A stretch of DNA of 64,000 nucleotides, from the NCBI GenBank assembly GCA_963770895.1, contig CAVYRF010000002.1, positions 5,536,001 to 5,600,000 of the forward strand, in the 5' to 3' direction. The number at the start of each line of letters is the position of its first letter. Positions within the stretch are counted from its first letter, which is position 1. This document shows, in pieces, positions 11,501 to 20,811 of the stretch. This DNA is from an uncultured Acidobacteriota bacterium (GTDB lineage: Bacteria > Acidobacteriota > Thermoanaerobaculia > Multivoradales > UBA5704). A program made the position numbers and the translations under genes. A model generated the notes under the pieces. The model searched no databases, was not told the DNA's origin, and was given only the letters and a program-made list of their open reading frames with translations.

Positions 11501-14471
11501 CCTGTTCCAGCGCCTGGCCAACCGCCTGCTGTACTCCGACGTGTCGCTGCGCGCCCCGGCCGAGGTGCTGCAAAAAAACGCCGCCGGGGCGCCGGCGCTC
11601 TGGGCGCTGGGCATTTCGGGCGATCTGCCGATCGTCGTCGCGCGCATCGACGAGCTCGACGACCTGGGCCTGGTGCGCCAGCTGCTCAAGGCGCAGGAGT
11701 ATTTCCGCTCGAAGCGGCTGGCGGCCGATCTGGTGATCGTCAACGAGAAGGCGCCGTCCTACTCCCAGGACCTGCAGGCGGCGCTCGAAGCGCTGCTGCG
11801 CACCGCCCAGGCGCGCCACCAGCAGAGCGACACGCAGGGGCCGCACGGCGAAACCTACCTGCTGCGCAACGAGCAGATCGACGCGACGGCGCGCGGGGCG
11901 CTGCTGGCGATGGCGCGGGCGGTGCTGGTGGCGCGGCGCGGCTCGCTCGCCGAGCAGCTGGCCCGCCGCGACCGCGGCGACGAGCGCCGGCTGGTCCAGC
12001 GTTCGCGCCGGACGACCGCGGCGCCGGCGGACGAGCCGCCGCCGCGCCCCGACCTGGAGTTCTGGAACGGCCTGGGGGGCTTCCGCGCCGACGGCCGCGA
12101 GTACGTCACCATCCTGGGCGAAGGGCAGTGGACGCCGGCGCCGTGGATCAACGTCATCGCCAATCCCGGCTTCGGCTTCCAGGTGTCCGAGTCGGGCGCC
12201 GGCTACACCTGGTCGGTCAACAGCAGCCAGAACCAGCTCACCCCCTGGTCCAACGACCCGGTGAGCGACCCGCCGGGCGAGGCGCTCTACGTGCGCGACG
12301 AGGAGAGCGGCGAGGTGTGGGGGCCGACCGTGCTGCCGATCCGCGAAGAGTCGTGGCTGTACATCGCCCGTCACGGCCAGGGCTACAGCCGCTTCGAGCA
12401 CACCTCGCACGGCATCGCCCTGGACCTGCTGCAGCTGGTGCCGCTGGCCGATCCGGTCAAGATCTCGCGGCTGACCCTGACCAATCGCGGCACGCGGCCG
12501 CGCCGGCTGTCGGTCACCGCCTACGTCGAGTGGGTGCTGGGGGTGTCGCGCAGCGCTTCGGCGCCCTCGATCGTCACCGAGATGGACGGCGCGACGGGGG
12601 CGCTTCTGGCGCGCCGCGCCTGGAACGAAGAGCTGGGGGCGGGGCGCGTGGCCTTCGTCGACCTCGCCGGCCGCCAGACCGCGTGGAGCGGCGACCGCGG
12701 CGAGTTCCTGGGCCGCAACGGCACGCTCGACCATCCGGCGGCGCTGGAGGACCGGGAGCACCGGCTGTCGGGGCGGGTGGGCGCCGGGTTGGACCCGGCC
12801 GGCGTGCTGCAGACCGTCCTTGAGCTGCGCCCCGGCGAGCAGGCGGAAGTGGTGTGCCTGCTGGGGGAGTGCGCCGGCGGCGAGGCGGCGCGGCAGCTCG
12901 TCGAGCGCTACCGCAAGGCCGACGTCGAGGAGGTCCTGGCCGAGGTCGTGCGCTATTGGGACGACGTCGCCGGCGCGCTCCAGGTGGAGACGCCCGATCG
13001 TTCGCTCGACCTGCTGCTCAACCGCTGGCTGCTCTACCAGACGCTGTCGTGCCGCGTCTGGGCACGCGCCGCGTTCTACCAGGCGGGCGGCGCCTACGGC
13101 TTCCGCGACCAGCTGCAGGACGTGATGGCGCTCACCCGCGCCCGGCGCGAGGTGGCGCGCGAGCAGATCCTGCGCGCCGCGGCGCGGCAGTTCGTGCAGG
13201 GCGACGTGCAGCACTGGTGGCACCCGCCTTCCGGCCGCGGCGTGCGCACGCACATCTCGGACGACCTGTTGTGGCTGCCCTACACCGTGCTCAACTACGT
13301 CGAGGTGACCGGCGAAAAGGAGCTGTTCGACCAGCAGGTCGCCTTCCTGGACGGGCCGCCGGTGCCGCCGGACCACGACGACGCCTACTTCCAGCCCAGC
13401 GTGACCGAGGAGCGGGCGAGCCTGTTCGAGCACTGCGCCCGCGCCCTGGACCTGCGCCTGGCGGTCGGCGCGCACGGCCTGCCGCTGATGGGTACCGGCG
13501 ACTGGAACGACGGCATGAACCGGGTCGGCCGCCAGGGCAAGGGCGAAAGCGTCTGGCTGGGCTGGTTTCTGCACACCCTGCTGTGGGAGTACGCGGCGCT
13601 GGCCGACCAACGCGGCGAATCGGCGCGGGCGGACGCCTGGCGTCAGCACCGGGCGGCGCTCAAGGAGGCGCTGGAGCGGGCCTGGGACGGCGACTGGTAC
13701 CGCCGCGGCTACTTCGACGACGGCACGCCGCTGGGGTCGGCCAGCGGCGCGGAATGCAAGATCGACTCGATCGCGCAGTCTTGGGCGGTGATCTCAGGCG
13801 CCGCCCTTCGCGACCGCGCGGTGCGCGCCATGGCGGCGGTGGAAGAGTACCTGGTGCACCGCGGCGACGGCCTGGTGCTGCTGTTCACGCCGCCCTTCGA
13901 CAGCTCCGCGCTCGATCCCGGCTACATCAAGGGCTACCTGCCGGGGGTGCGCGAAAACGGCGGCCAGTACACCCACGCCGCCATCTGGTGCGTGCTCGCC
14001 TTTGCCGCCCTGGGCGACGGCGACCGCGCCGGCGAGCTGATGTCCATCCTCAATCCCATCAACCACGCCAGCACGCGCGCCGGCATCCAGCGCTACAAGG
14101 TCGAGCCCTACGTCGCCGCCGCCGACATCTACGCCCAATCCCACCACGTCGGCCGCGGCGGCTGGACCTGGTACAGCGGCTCGGCCGGCTGGATGTACCG
14201 CGCCGGCGTCGAGTGGATCCTGGGCGTGCGCATGCGCGGCACGGTGCTGTCGATCGACCCCTCCATCCCGCGCGCCTGGCCGCGCTACCAGGTCACCTTC
14301 CGCTACCACTCGGCGACCTACCACCTGCACGTCGACAACCCGCGCGGCGCCACCCGCGGCGTCACCGCCGCGGAGATGGACGGCGCCGCCCTGCCGGTGC
14401 TGCCGCACGGCGCCGCCGACGTCGCCCTGGTCAAGGACGGCACCCACCAGATCCGCATCGTCCTGGGCTGA
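5599..14471 (+). CDS. ndvB: Cyclic beta-1,2-glucan synthase (NdvB/ChvB/Cgs; glycosyltransferase plus C-terminal GH94 phosphorylase domains), split by one frameshift near 8630
   Basis: N-part (frame of 5470..8736): EWLVDNF, GWERKRGKL, TLDADT, LLSHDLLEG, RQHRWARGDWQ. C-part (frame of 5550..14471): HRTSPTN, YDLLASEARL, SWSGSMFEYLMP, GAYGFRDQLQD, GDWNDGMN, RENGGQYTH, GRGGWTWYSGSAGW. Frames switch around a G7 run at 8628-8634. Confidence 0.9.
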
Positions 14472-14618
14472 CGGGGCCGCTGTTGCCTGCACCGCCGGCG
14501 CCGCCGGCGCCGCCGAGCGAGCGACGGCACCTGATATAGGCTTGCGGCGGCGGTGCCGGCTGCCGGTGTGCCGGCAGCGCCGCCAGTGCCCGCTCGAACG
14601 CCCCGCTCGAACCGCATC

Positions 14619-16283
14619 ATGGAACCGTCTCCGGTCGTCGCCAGTGGACGCGCAACGGCGGCCGCCGGTGGCGAGCCGCCGCCGGCGGACGGGGGGAGCC
14701 GGCGCGGCGACCGGCGCGGCTGGCGCGGCTGGCGGAGCCGGGCGGCGGAGCTGGCGGGCATCGACCTGCGGTCGCTGGCGCTGTTGCGCTGCGGCCTGGG
14801 GTTGGTGATTCTGTTCGACATCGCGGGGCGGCTGCCGGACCTGGCCGCGCACTACACCGATCAGGGCATCCTGCCGCGCTGGGCGGCCCTGGTCTGGCTG
14901 CCGGTCGAAGCCCACCTGTCGGTGCGCATGCTGAGCGGGGCGGCGTGGTTTCAGGCGCTGGTCTTCGCCGTGGCGGCCGCCGCCGCCGTCGCCCTGATCT
15001 GCGGCTGGCACACGCGCGCCGCGGCGGTGCTCTCGTGGTACCTGGTGTTTGCGCTGCAAGCGCGCAACCCGGCGATCGAGCACGGCGGCGACAACGTGCT
15101 GCGGCTGGTCCTGTTCTGGGCCATGTTCCTGCCCCTGGGCGACCGCTGGTCGCGCGACCGCGCGAGCGGCCGCCTGCCGGCGCCTGCGGAGCACTCGGAG
15201 CGGGGGGCGCCGCGCGTCGTGTCGGTGGCGGCGTTCGCGGCGCGGCTCCAGGTCTGCCTGATCTATTGGACGACGGCGGCGTTCAAGTGGGGCGCGGCGT
15301 GGGTGGGGCAGGGGAGCGCGATCGCCACCGCCATGCGGCTGGACTACCTGTCGACGTCGTGGGGGCGGTACCTGCTGCGCTTCCCGCGCCTGCTGCGGTG
15401 GATGACGCGCGGCTCGCTGGGCCTGGAGATCCTGGGCCCGGCGGCGGTGTGGAGCCCGGTGGGGACCGGCCCGGTGCGCTGCCTGGTGGTCCTGGCCTTC
15501 GTGCTGTTCCACCTGTGCGGCATCGGCCCGACGCTGCGGCTGGGGATCTTCCCCTGGATCTCGGCGCTCGGGTGGTGCCTGTTCCTGCCCGGCTGGTTCT
15601 GGCAGCGCCTGCGCGGCGGCCGCCTGGGAGCGCTGATGGAGCGTCTGGACCGGGCCGACGCGCGCGGGCTGGAGCGGCGCCGGGCCGGTGCGGCGCCGCT
15701 CGCGTGGTGGACGGGCTCCGCCGCCTCCGGTGGCGCCGATGTCTCCGATGGCTCAGGTTGTCGCGGGCGGCGGGTCGCGGATGCCGTCGCCGCCTGCCTG
15801 CTGGTGTACGTGGTGCTGCTCAACCTGCGCGAGCTGGACGCGGCGCGCTTCGCCCGCCTGCTGCCTGCCGCCGGCGAGGGTGTCGAGCAGGCCCTGGCGC
15901 TCCACCAGCGCTGGAACATGTTCGCACCGGCGCCGCCCACCGACGACGGCTGGTATGTCGTCGTCGGCCGCCTCGCCGGCGGCGGCAGCGTCGACCCCTG
16001 GCGCCAGGCGCCGGTCGATCCGGCGCGGCCGGAGCGCTTCGCCACGGTGTATGGCAATGCCCGCTGGACCAAGTACCTGACCAACCTGCACCACCCCGAC
16101 TACGTGTTCCACCGCCGGCTCTTCGGCAACTTCCTGTGCCGCCGCTGGAACGCCGCCCACGCCGGCCCCGAGCGTCTGGACGGCCTGTCGCTGGTCTACA
16201 TGCTGGAGCGCACCGTGCCGCCCGACCAGGAGCTGCCCGCCCGGCCGCTGCTGCTGTTCGCCCAGACCTGCCCCGCCACCTGA
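14619..16283 (+). CDS. HTTM-domain membrane protein (vitamin K-dependent gamma-carboxylase-like N-terminal fold)
   Basis: 'GIDLRSLALLRCGLG', 'RNPAIEHGGDNVLR...LPLGDRWS', 'QRWNMFAP'; multiple TM segments; start uncertain (14553 or 14619). Confidence 0.8.
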   Translation: MEPSPVVASGRATAAAGGEPPPADGGSRRGDRRGWRGWRSRAAELAGIDLRSLALLRCGLGLVILFDIAGRLPDLAAHYTDQGILPRWAALVWLPVEAHLSVRMLSGAAWFQALVFAVAAAAAVALICGWHTRAAAVLSWYLVFALQARNPAIEHGGDNVLRLVLFWAMFLPLGDRWSRDRASGRLPAPAEHSERGAPRVVSVAAFAARLQVCLIYWTTAAFKWGAAWVGQGSAIATAMRLDYLSTSWGRYLLRFPRLLRWMTRGSLGLEILGPAAVWSPVGTGPVRCLVVLAFVLFHLCGIGPTLRLGIFPWISALGWCLFLPGWFWQRLRGGRLGALMERLDRADARGLERRRAGAAPLAWWTGSAASGGADVSDGSGCRGRRVADAVAACLLVYVVLLNLRELDAARFARLLPAAGEGVEQALALHQRWNMFAPAPPTDDGWYVVVGRLAGGGSVDPWRQAPVDPARPERFATVYGNARWTKYLTNLHHPDYVFHRRLFGNFLCRRWNAAHAGPERLDGLSLVYMLERTVPPDQELPARPLLLFAQTCPAT

Positions 16284-16317
16284 CCGGCGTCCAACCGCGA
16301 TGGGACGCGCGCCGCCG

Positions 16318-17340
16318 TCAGGGGTGGGGGGGCCGCGGCGGCAGCGCCAGGATGGCCTTGGCCAGGGCGTCGGCGGCGCAGCGGTGGCCGTAGGGGGAGG
16401 GGTGGAAGTTGTCGGTGCTGATGGGGTCGGCGGGCGCGGCGTCGCGGCACTGGCTGAACGGCACCAGCAGGTCGGCCAGGGCGAAGCCGTTCTGCTGCGC
16501 CAGGCCGGCGACGTAGCGGTGCTGGCCGCCCCAGGGATAGCTCTTGAAGTTGCGGACGAAGCGCGGGATGACGGCGACCAGGACCTGAAAGTGGTCGTCG
16601 GCCGCCAGCTGGCGCAGGACGCCGAAATACGGCGCCACCGTGTCCGCCGACACCAGGTCCAGGTAGTGCTGCGGCTCGGCCGCCGGACGGCTTGCCGCCG
16701 CCAGCACGCGGAAGCGCACGAAGCGGTAGAGCGCGCTGTGCGCCATCCAGGCGTTCACCCGCGCGCCGCTCAGCCCCTCGCGGCGGCGGTCGGCTTCCGC
16801 CGCCAGCAGGGTTTTCAGGATGTCGCCGTCGACGTGCTCGCGCGAGCTCATGGTGTAGGCCACGATCACCAGGTCGGGGTGGTAGCGCAGCCCTTTCTCG
16901 CGCAGCGTCTCCACCTCCTGCTGGGTGTTGTAGCCGGACACCGCGAGGTTGATCACCTCGGCGCGCAGCCCGCGCTGGCCCAGGAGCTGTTCCAGGATCG
17001 GCGGGAAAATGTCCTGGTTGCGCTCGACGTGCAAGCCGGCGGCCACGCTGTCGCCGATGACGACGATGCGATAGACGCCGGCGGGCTTGGCGACGGTGTG
17101 CTCGCGGTCGCGGTAGCCTTGGCTGTTGCTCGCCCCCAGGTAGTCGTAAAAGCGGAGATCCTGGCCGTTGTAGACCAGCGGCGCCGGCTCGTAGCCGATC
17201 CTGGGGTTTTGCGACAGCCGGAAGCGGCCGCGCTGGATCGCGTACACCCTGGGCGCCACGCCCGCCAGCCGCACCATCGCTTCGGCGGCGAGCAGCGCCA
17301 GCAGCACGCTGGCCAGCATCAGGGCGAGGCGTTTCCACAT
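16318..17340 (-). CDS. SGNH/GDSL hydrolase-family protein with N-terminal membrane anchor
   Basis: Block I 'IVVIGDS', block II 'NLAVSGYNT', block V 'DNFHPSPYGH'. Confidence 0.85.
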   Translation of the reverse strand: MWKRLALMLASVLLALLAAEAMVRLAGVAPRVYAIQRGRFRLSQNPRIGYEPAPLVYNGQDLRFYDYLGASNSQGYRDREHTVAKPAGVYRIVVIGDSVAAGLHVERNQDIFPPILEQLLGQRGLRAEVINLAVSGYNTQQEVETLREKGLRYHPDLVIVAYTMSSREHVDGDILKTLLAAEADRRREGLSGARVNAWMAHSALYRFVRFRVLAAASRPAAEPQHYLDLVSADTVAPYFGVLRQLAADDHFQVLVAVIPRFVRNFKSYPWGGQHRYVAGLAQQNGFALADLLVPFSQCRDAAPADPISTDNFHPSPYGHRCAADALAKAILALPPRPPHP

Positions 17341-17479
17341 GGCGGCTGGCGGCTGGCGGCGGCGGGCGGGTGAGCGGCGGCTGACGGCGCTGGCGGAGAG
17401 GGCGGCGCTGGCGGCGCTGGCGGCGATTGGCGCGATGGGTAGTGACGGCCCGCCGTGTGCGGCAGGCGGGCCGGTCGGA

Positions 17480-18472
17480 TCAGGGCATGCAGGCGAAGCG
17501 CGACCGCGCCAGGGCGCGCGCGAAGATCGTCTGCGCGGCGGAGTTGGGATGGGCGTCTTCGTGGCTCACCCAGTAGCGCTCGCCCGAGCCGGCGGGGAAG
17601 TCGGCGGTGGGGTCGATGACCTCGAAGCCGGCTTCGCGGCCGATCGCCTCGACGCGCGAGAACGCTTCAGCGATGCCCGCGTCGTGCGGGTCGTGCAGCT
17701 CGGGCATGGGGAACAGCGTCGCCGCCACGTGGTCGGCCTTGAGGATCGCCCCCAGCTCCCGCAGCTTGGCCTGGGTGCGCAGCCAGCCCGGCTGCCCGTC
17801 GCGGAACAGGCCGACGTAGTAGTTGTTGTAGTTGGCCAGCTTGGGGTCGGTGATCTTCTGCATCCGGGCGCCGGCCAGCGACAGCAGCGCCGAGTTCCAG
17901 AAGAAGGGGTTGGTGTTGGGCACCGCGTCCGGTTCCGCGTCGTTGAAGGAGAAGCCCAGGATCACCCAGTCGGGGTGCACGAACGGCCGGATGCGTTGCT
18001 TGTAACGCTCCACCTCCATCGAGGTGTTGCAGTTGCCGATGCCGGCGTTGTCGACGGTCACCGCGCGCCCACCCTGGGTGGGGCAGCGCTCCGACAGGAT
18101 GCGCTCCAGGTCGTCGGAGAAGGTCTCCCCCTCGGGCACCCCCCAGCCGAACGTCAGCGAGTCGCCCAGCGCCACGACCAGCCGGTTGCCCGGCCGCCGC
18201 CGCGCCTCGGTCGCCGGGTCCGGCAGCCGGAAGCCGTGCTCTTCCGTGCGCACCCTGGCGCCCATCAGGAACGCGTTGCCGTTGGGCCGCTGCTCTTCGA
18301 CCACGCCAGGATAGGGCGAGATGACCTTGATCAGCTTGGCGTAGCGCCACATTTCCACGTCGTAGACGTACAGCCAATGCTTTGAAATCAGCCGCAGCCC
18401 CACCTCCGCCACGACGAACGTGACCACCAGGGAGACGCCGAGCACGACGGCACCCAACCAACGCTTGTTCAT
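17480..18472 (-). CDS. SGNH/GDSL hydrolase-family protein with N-terminal membrane anchor
   Basis: 'VALGDSLTFGWGV', 'NAGIGNCNT', 'FSFNDA', 'DAHPN'; start taken at MNKRWLG. Confidence 0.85.
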   Translation of the reverse strand: MNKRWLGAVVLGVSLVVTFVVAEVGLRLISKHWLYVYDVEMWRYAKLIKVISPYPGVVEEQRPNGNAFLMGARVRTEEHGFRLPDPATEARRRPGNRLVVALGDSLTFGWGVPEGETFSDDLERILSERCPTQGGRAVTVDNAGIGNCNTSMEVERYKQRIRPFVHPDWVILGFSFNDAEPDAVPNTNPFFWNSALLSLAGARMQKITDPKLANYNNYYVGLFRDGQPGWLRTQAKLRELGAILKADHVAATLFPMPELHDPHDAGIAEAFSRVEAIGREAGFEVIDPTADFPAGSGERYWVSHEDAHPNSAAQTIFARALARSRFACMP

Positions 18473-18598
18473 GGACACCACCTGGATCGAGTTCCCGGCC
18501 AGCGGGAGGGTTGTACGGCGCCGGGCACACACGCCCCGCGGCAGCGGCGCCCGACTCTATCATCACCGCCGCCCGCCCGGGTTTGGCGCGGTCCGATC

Positions 18599-20098
18599 TC
18601 AGGTGGCGGTCGGGAGGGCTGGCAGAGCTCTGCGCTCCAGGAGGTTGAGGGCGCGACGCGCCTGGTCCAGGGTCGCGGCCTCGCGCTGCGCCGCCTCGCA
18701 GAAGAGGTGGAAGGCCACCAGGGCGTCGGGCTCCACGCGCTCCGCGGTCAGGATCGTGGTCATCGCCGCGGCCAAGTCGCGCACTTCGGCGGTGCGGCCC
18801 TGGTCGAGATAGATCAGCGCGAGATCCAGGGAGACGATGGAGGCGCACACCTTCTGGCCTTGGGCCAGGCACTCCGCTCGGGCCTGCTCGAAGGCGGCGC
18901 ACGCCTCGGCCTGGCGGCCACGGCCTGCCGCGACGCGGCCACTGAGCCAAACGACGCGCATCCGGTCCGCACCGTTGTCGAGATCGAGCGCCATCTGGCG
19001 CAGGTGCGGGAGCTGCGTCTCCGCCTGGGCATAGTCGCCCAGGTGACACTGGCAGGCGCAGAAGTTGAACTCCAGAGCGAAGCGCAAGCGAGGATCGTCG
19101 CAGCTCGCGATCTGTGGTCCCGCGGCGTGCAGGACGGCAATGGCGGCGGCAGCGTCTCCGGATGCCTGCAGGGTGGACGCACGCTTGAGCAGGATCCGCC
19201 CCGAGGCGTGAGGTGGTGCCAAGGCGGCGGCGCGGTCGAGGAGATCGAGCGCCGCCTGGAATTGCCCGGCGTCGCGGCGGAGGGACGCTTCGAGATCGAA
19301 CAGGCGCCATTCTGCGAGGAGGGAGTCGCTGTTCCCGGCCCGCCAGAGGTTCCAGGCGGTGGCAAACTCGGTCCCGGCCGCAACCAGGTCGCCGGCGATC
19401 CGGCGGGCGTTGCCGACGAAGGCCCGCGCATAGCCCTGGACGCGCAGGCGCCAGGGCTCGTCGCCCGGCACGAGCCGGGCCACCGCGACGGCGAGGTGGG
19501 CCAGGTCAAGGGCCGCGGCGACGCCCTTGGGAGCCTGCCGCGCGCTTTCCTCGCATAGCCTTTCGGCAAACGCCCAGGTCTGAAGCTCGGCACCTTGCTC
19601 GACCAGCCAGAGGCGCTCCTCGGCAGTGCAGGCTGCGATCCGTTCCCAGGCGCGCGCCGCGTCCTCGCGGTCCGCTGGCGACGGTTGCCTGGGCGTGAGC
19701 GCCGCCGTCTCGGTGGTCGCGATGGCCGCCTCAAGATTGCCCAGGACCGCGTGCATTGCCTCGCGGACGGCTGCCTCCAGCGCGGCGTCGTCTGCCGCAA
19801 AATCCTGGACGATCGGTTGGTGCTTACCAGGAGGCGGGCCTGCTGCAGCGGCGTGCGCCTGCTCGCGGGCGGAGCGCAGTACGGGCAGCAGGCGGCGGAC
19901 CACCCACGAGGGGCGCAGGCCGACGGCCGTGGCGAGCTGCGCCAGGGCTTCTGGTGAGATCGGTTCCCCGGACTCATAGCGGGAGATGGACGCCTGGCCC
20001 AATCCTGCCCGTTGAGCCAGGGTGCGCTGGTCCCAGCCGCGGAGGGTGCGGAGCAGCAGCACCAGCAGCGGTCCGGCCTCATCTACATAGGAAGGCAT
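18599..20098 (-). CDS. XRE/Cro-C1 HTH regulator fused to a TPR-like helical domain (paralog 1)
   Basis: HTH 'LRTLRGWDQRTLAQRAGLGQASISRYESG' followed by Ala/Leu-rich TPR-like helices; divergent from the peptide gene. Confidence 0.8.
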   Translation of the reverse strand: MPSYVDEAGPLLVLLLRTLRGWDQRTLAQRAGLGQASISRYESGEPISPEALAQLATAVGLRPSWVVRRLLPVLRSAREQAHAAAAGPPPGKHQPIVQDFAADDAALEAAVREAMHAVLGNLEAAIATTETAALTPRQPSPADREDAARAWERIAACTAEERLWLVEQGAELQTWAFAERLCEESARQAPKGVAAALDLAHLAVAVARLVPGDEPWRLRVQGYARAFVGNARRIAGDLVAAGTEFATAWNLWRAGNSDSLLAEWRLFDLEASLRRDAGQFQAALDLLDRAAALAPPHASGRILLKRASTLQASGDAAAAIAVLHAAGPQIASCDDPRLRFALEFNFCACQCHLGDYAQAETQLPHLRQMALDLDNGADRMRVVWLSGRVAAGRGRQAEACAAFEQARAECLAQGQKVCASIVSLDLALIYLDQGRTAEVRDLAAAMTTILTAERVEPDALVAFHLFCEAAQREAATLDQARRALNLLERRALPALPTAT

Positions 20099-20235
20099 GT
20101 CACCTCCGCTTTGGATGCCATATCCGTAAAAAGTGTATTTTTAACCACTGCCATTCGTCCCGGCGGATCCCGGAGGCTCACGCGCTCGGGCCAATACCGA
20201 CCGCGAGCGCAGCGCCCCCTGAAAGGACCCCAGTC
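20099..20235. promoter_or_regulatory. Divergent promoter region between HTH-TPR paralog 1 and the repeat-peptide gene
   Basis: AT-rich patch TATCCGTAAAAAGTGTATTTTTAACCAC in a very GC-rich background; RBS GAAAGGA at 20221-20227. Confidence 0.5.
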
Positions 20236-20703
20236 ATGCGCCATCCGATCTCCCGTCGCCTTGTTGTCACCGCAGCGGTGCTTGCCCTGGCCGCCTGGGG
20301 GAGCGCTCCCCGGTCGCTCCGGGCCGCCCCAGCATCCGGCTTGAGCTTGCTGGCAAGTCAGGATGCCGACTTCCTTGCCCCGTTGCGCCAGTGGCTGCGC
20401 GCGATCTGGCCCTGGAACGGCTCTGAAGCCAGGCGCGACGGCGTCCGGCACGACGCTGCTGTGGCAAAGCCACAGAACCGCTGCACCATGGACCCGGACG
20501 GCCAGTGCACCACAGACGTCAAGCCACAGAACCGCTGCGTGATCGACCCGGACGGCCAGTGCATCACAGACGTCAAGCCGCAGAACCGCTGCGGGGCCGA
20601 CCCGAACGGCGGTCAGCAGTGCACCGCCGCCGTCACGCCGCAGAACCGCTGCACCGCGGACCCGGATGGACATGGCTGCCTGAACCGAGCGGTTTCCTGG
20701 TAA
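20236..20703 (+). CDS. Small secreted polyprotein precursor (155 aa) with four tandem Cys-x-x-DP[DN]G-x(1-3)-Cys units
   Basis: ATG 20236 with strong RBS; signal-peptide-like N-terminus (MRHPISRRLVVTAAVLALAAWG), amphipathic 'FLAPLRQWLRAIWPW', then four PQNRC..DP[DN]G..C repeats. Confidence 0.8.
   Translation: MRHPISRRLVVTAAVLALAAWGSAPRSLRAAPASGLSLLASQDADFLAPLRQWLRAIWPWNGSEARRDGVRHDAAVAKPQNRCTMDPDGQCTTDVKPQNRCVIDPDGQCITDVKPQNRCGADPNGGQQCTAAVTPQNRCTADPDGHGCLNRAVSW
20467..20679 (+). repeat. In-frame tandem repeat, 4 units (periods 54, 54, 60 bp)
   Basis: CC(A/G)CAGAACCGCTGC core recurs in units starting at 20467, 20521, 20575 and 20635. Confidence 0.95.
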
Positions 20704-20811
20704 GGCGGAGCGATTGGAGAAGCCTGGTTTCCTCCGCTGCGGGGACGGAGCCCTCCCTGCCATGCCTGCCGGAGCCTCGTCCAGGGTTCCGGCGTTCCGC
20801 CAGCCGGACTT

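Noticed and set aside
8532-13649. 1705-aa minus-strand ORF and similar long Arg/Gly/Ala-rich alternative-frame ORFs across the window
   Set aside because: They overlap well-supported genes and have no recognisable motifs; a high-GC artefact.
20467-20679. Short regularly spaced repeats as a possible CRISPR array
   Set aside because: Periods are multiples of 3, the intervening segments are homologous to each other, the array lies in an ORF with RBS and signal peptide, and no cas genes are present.
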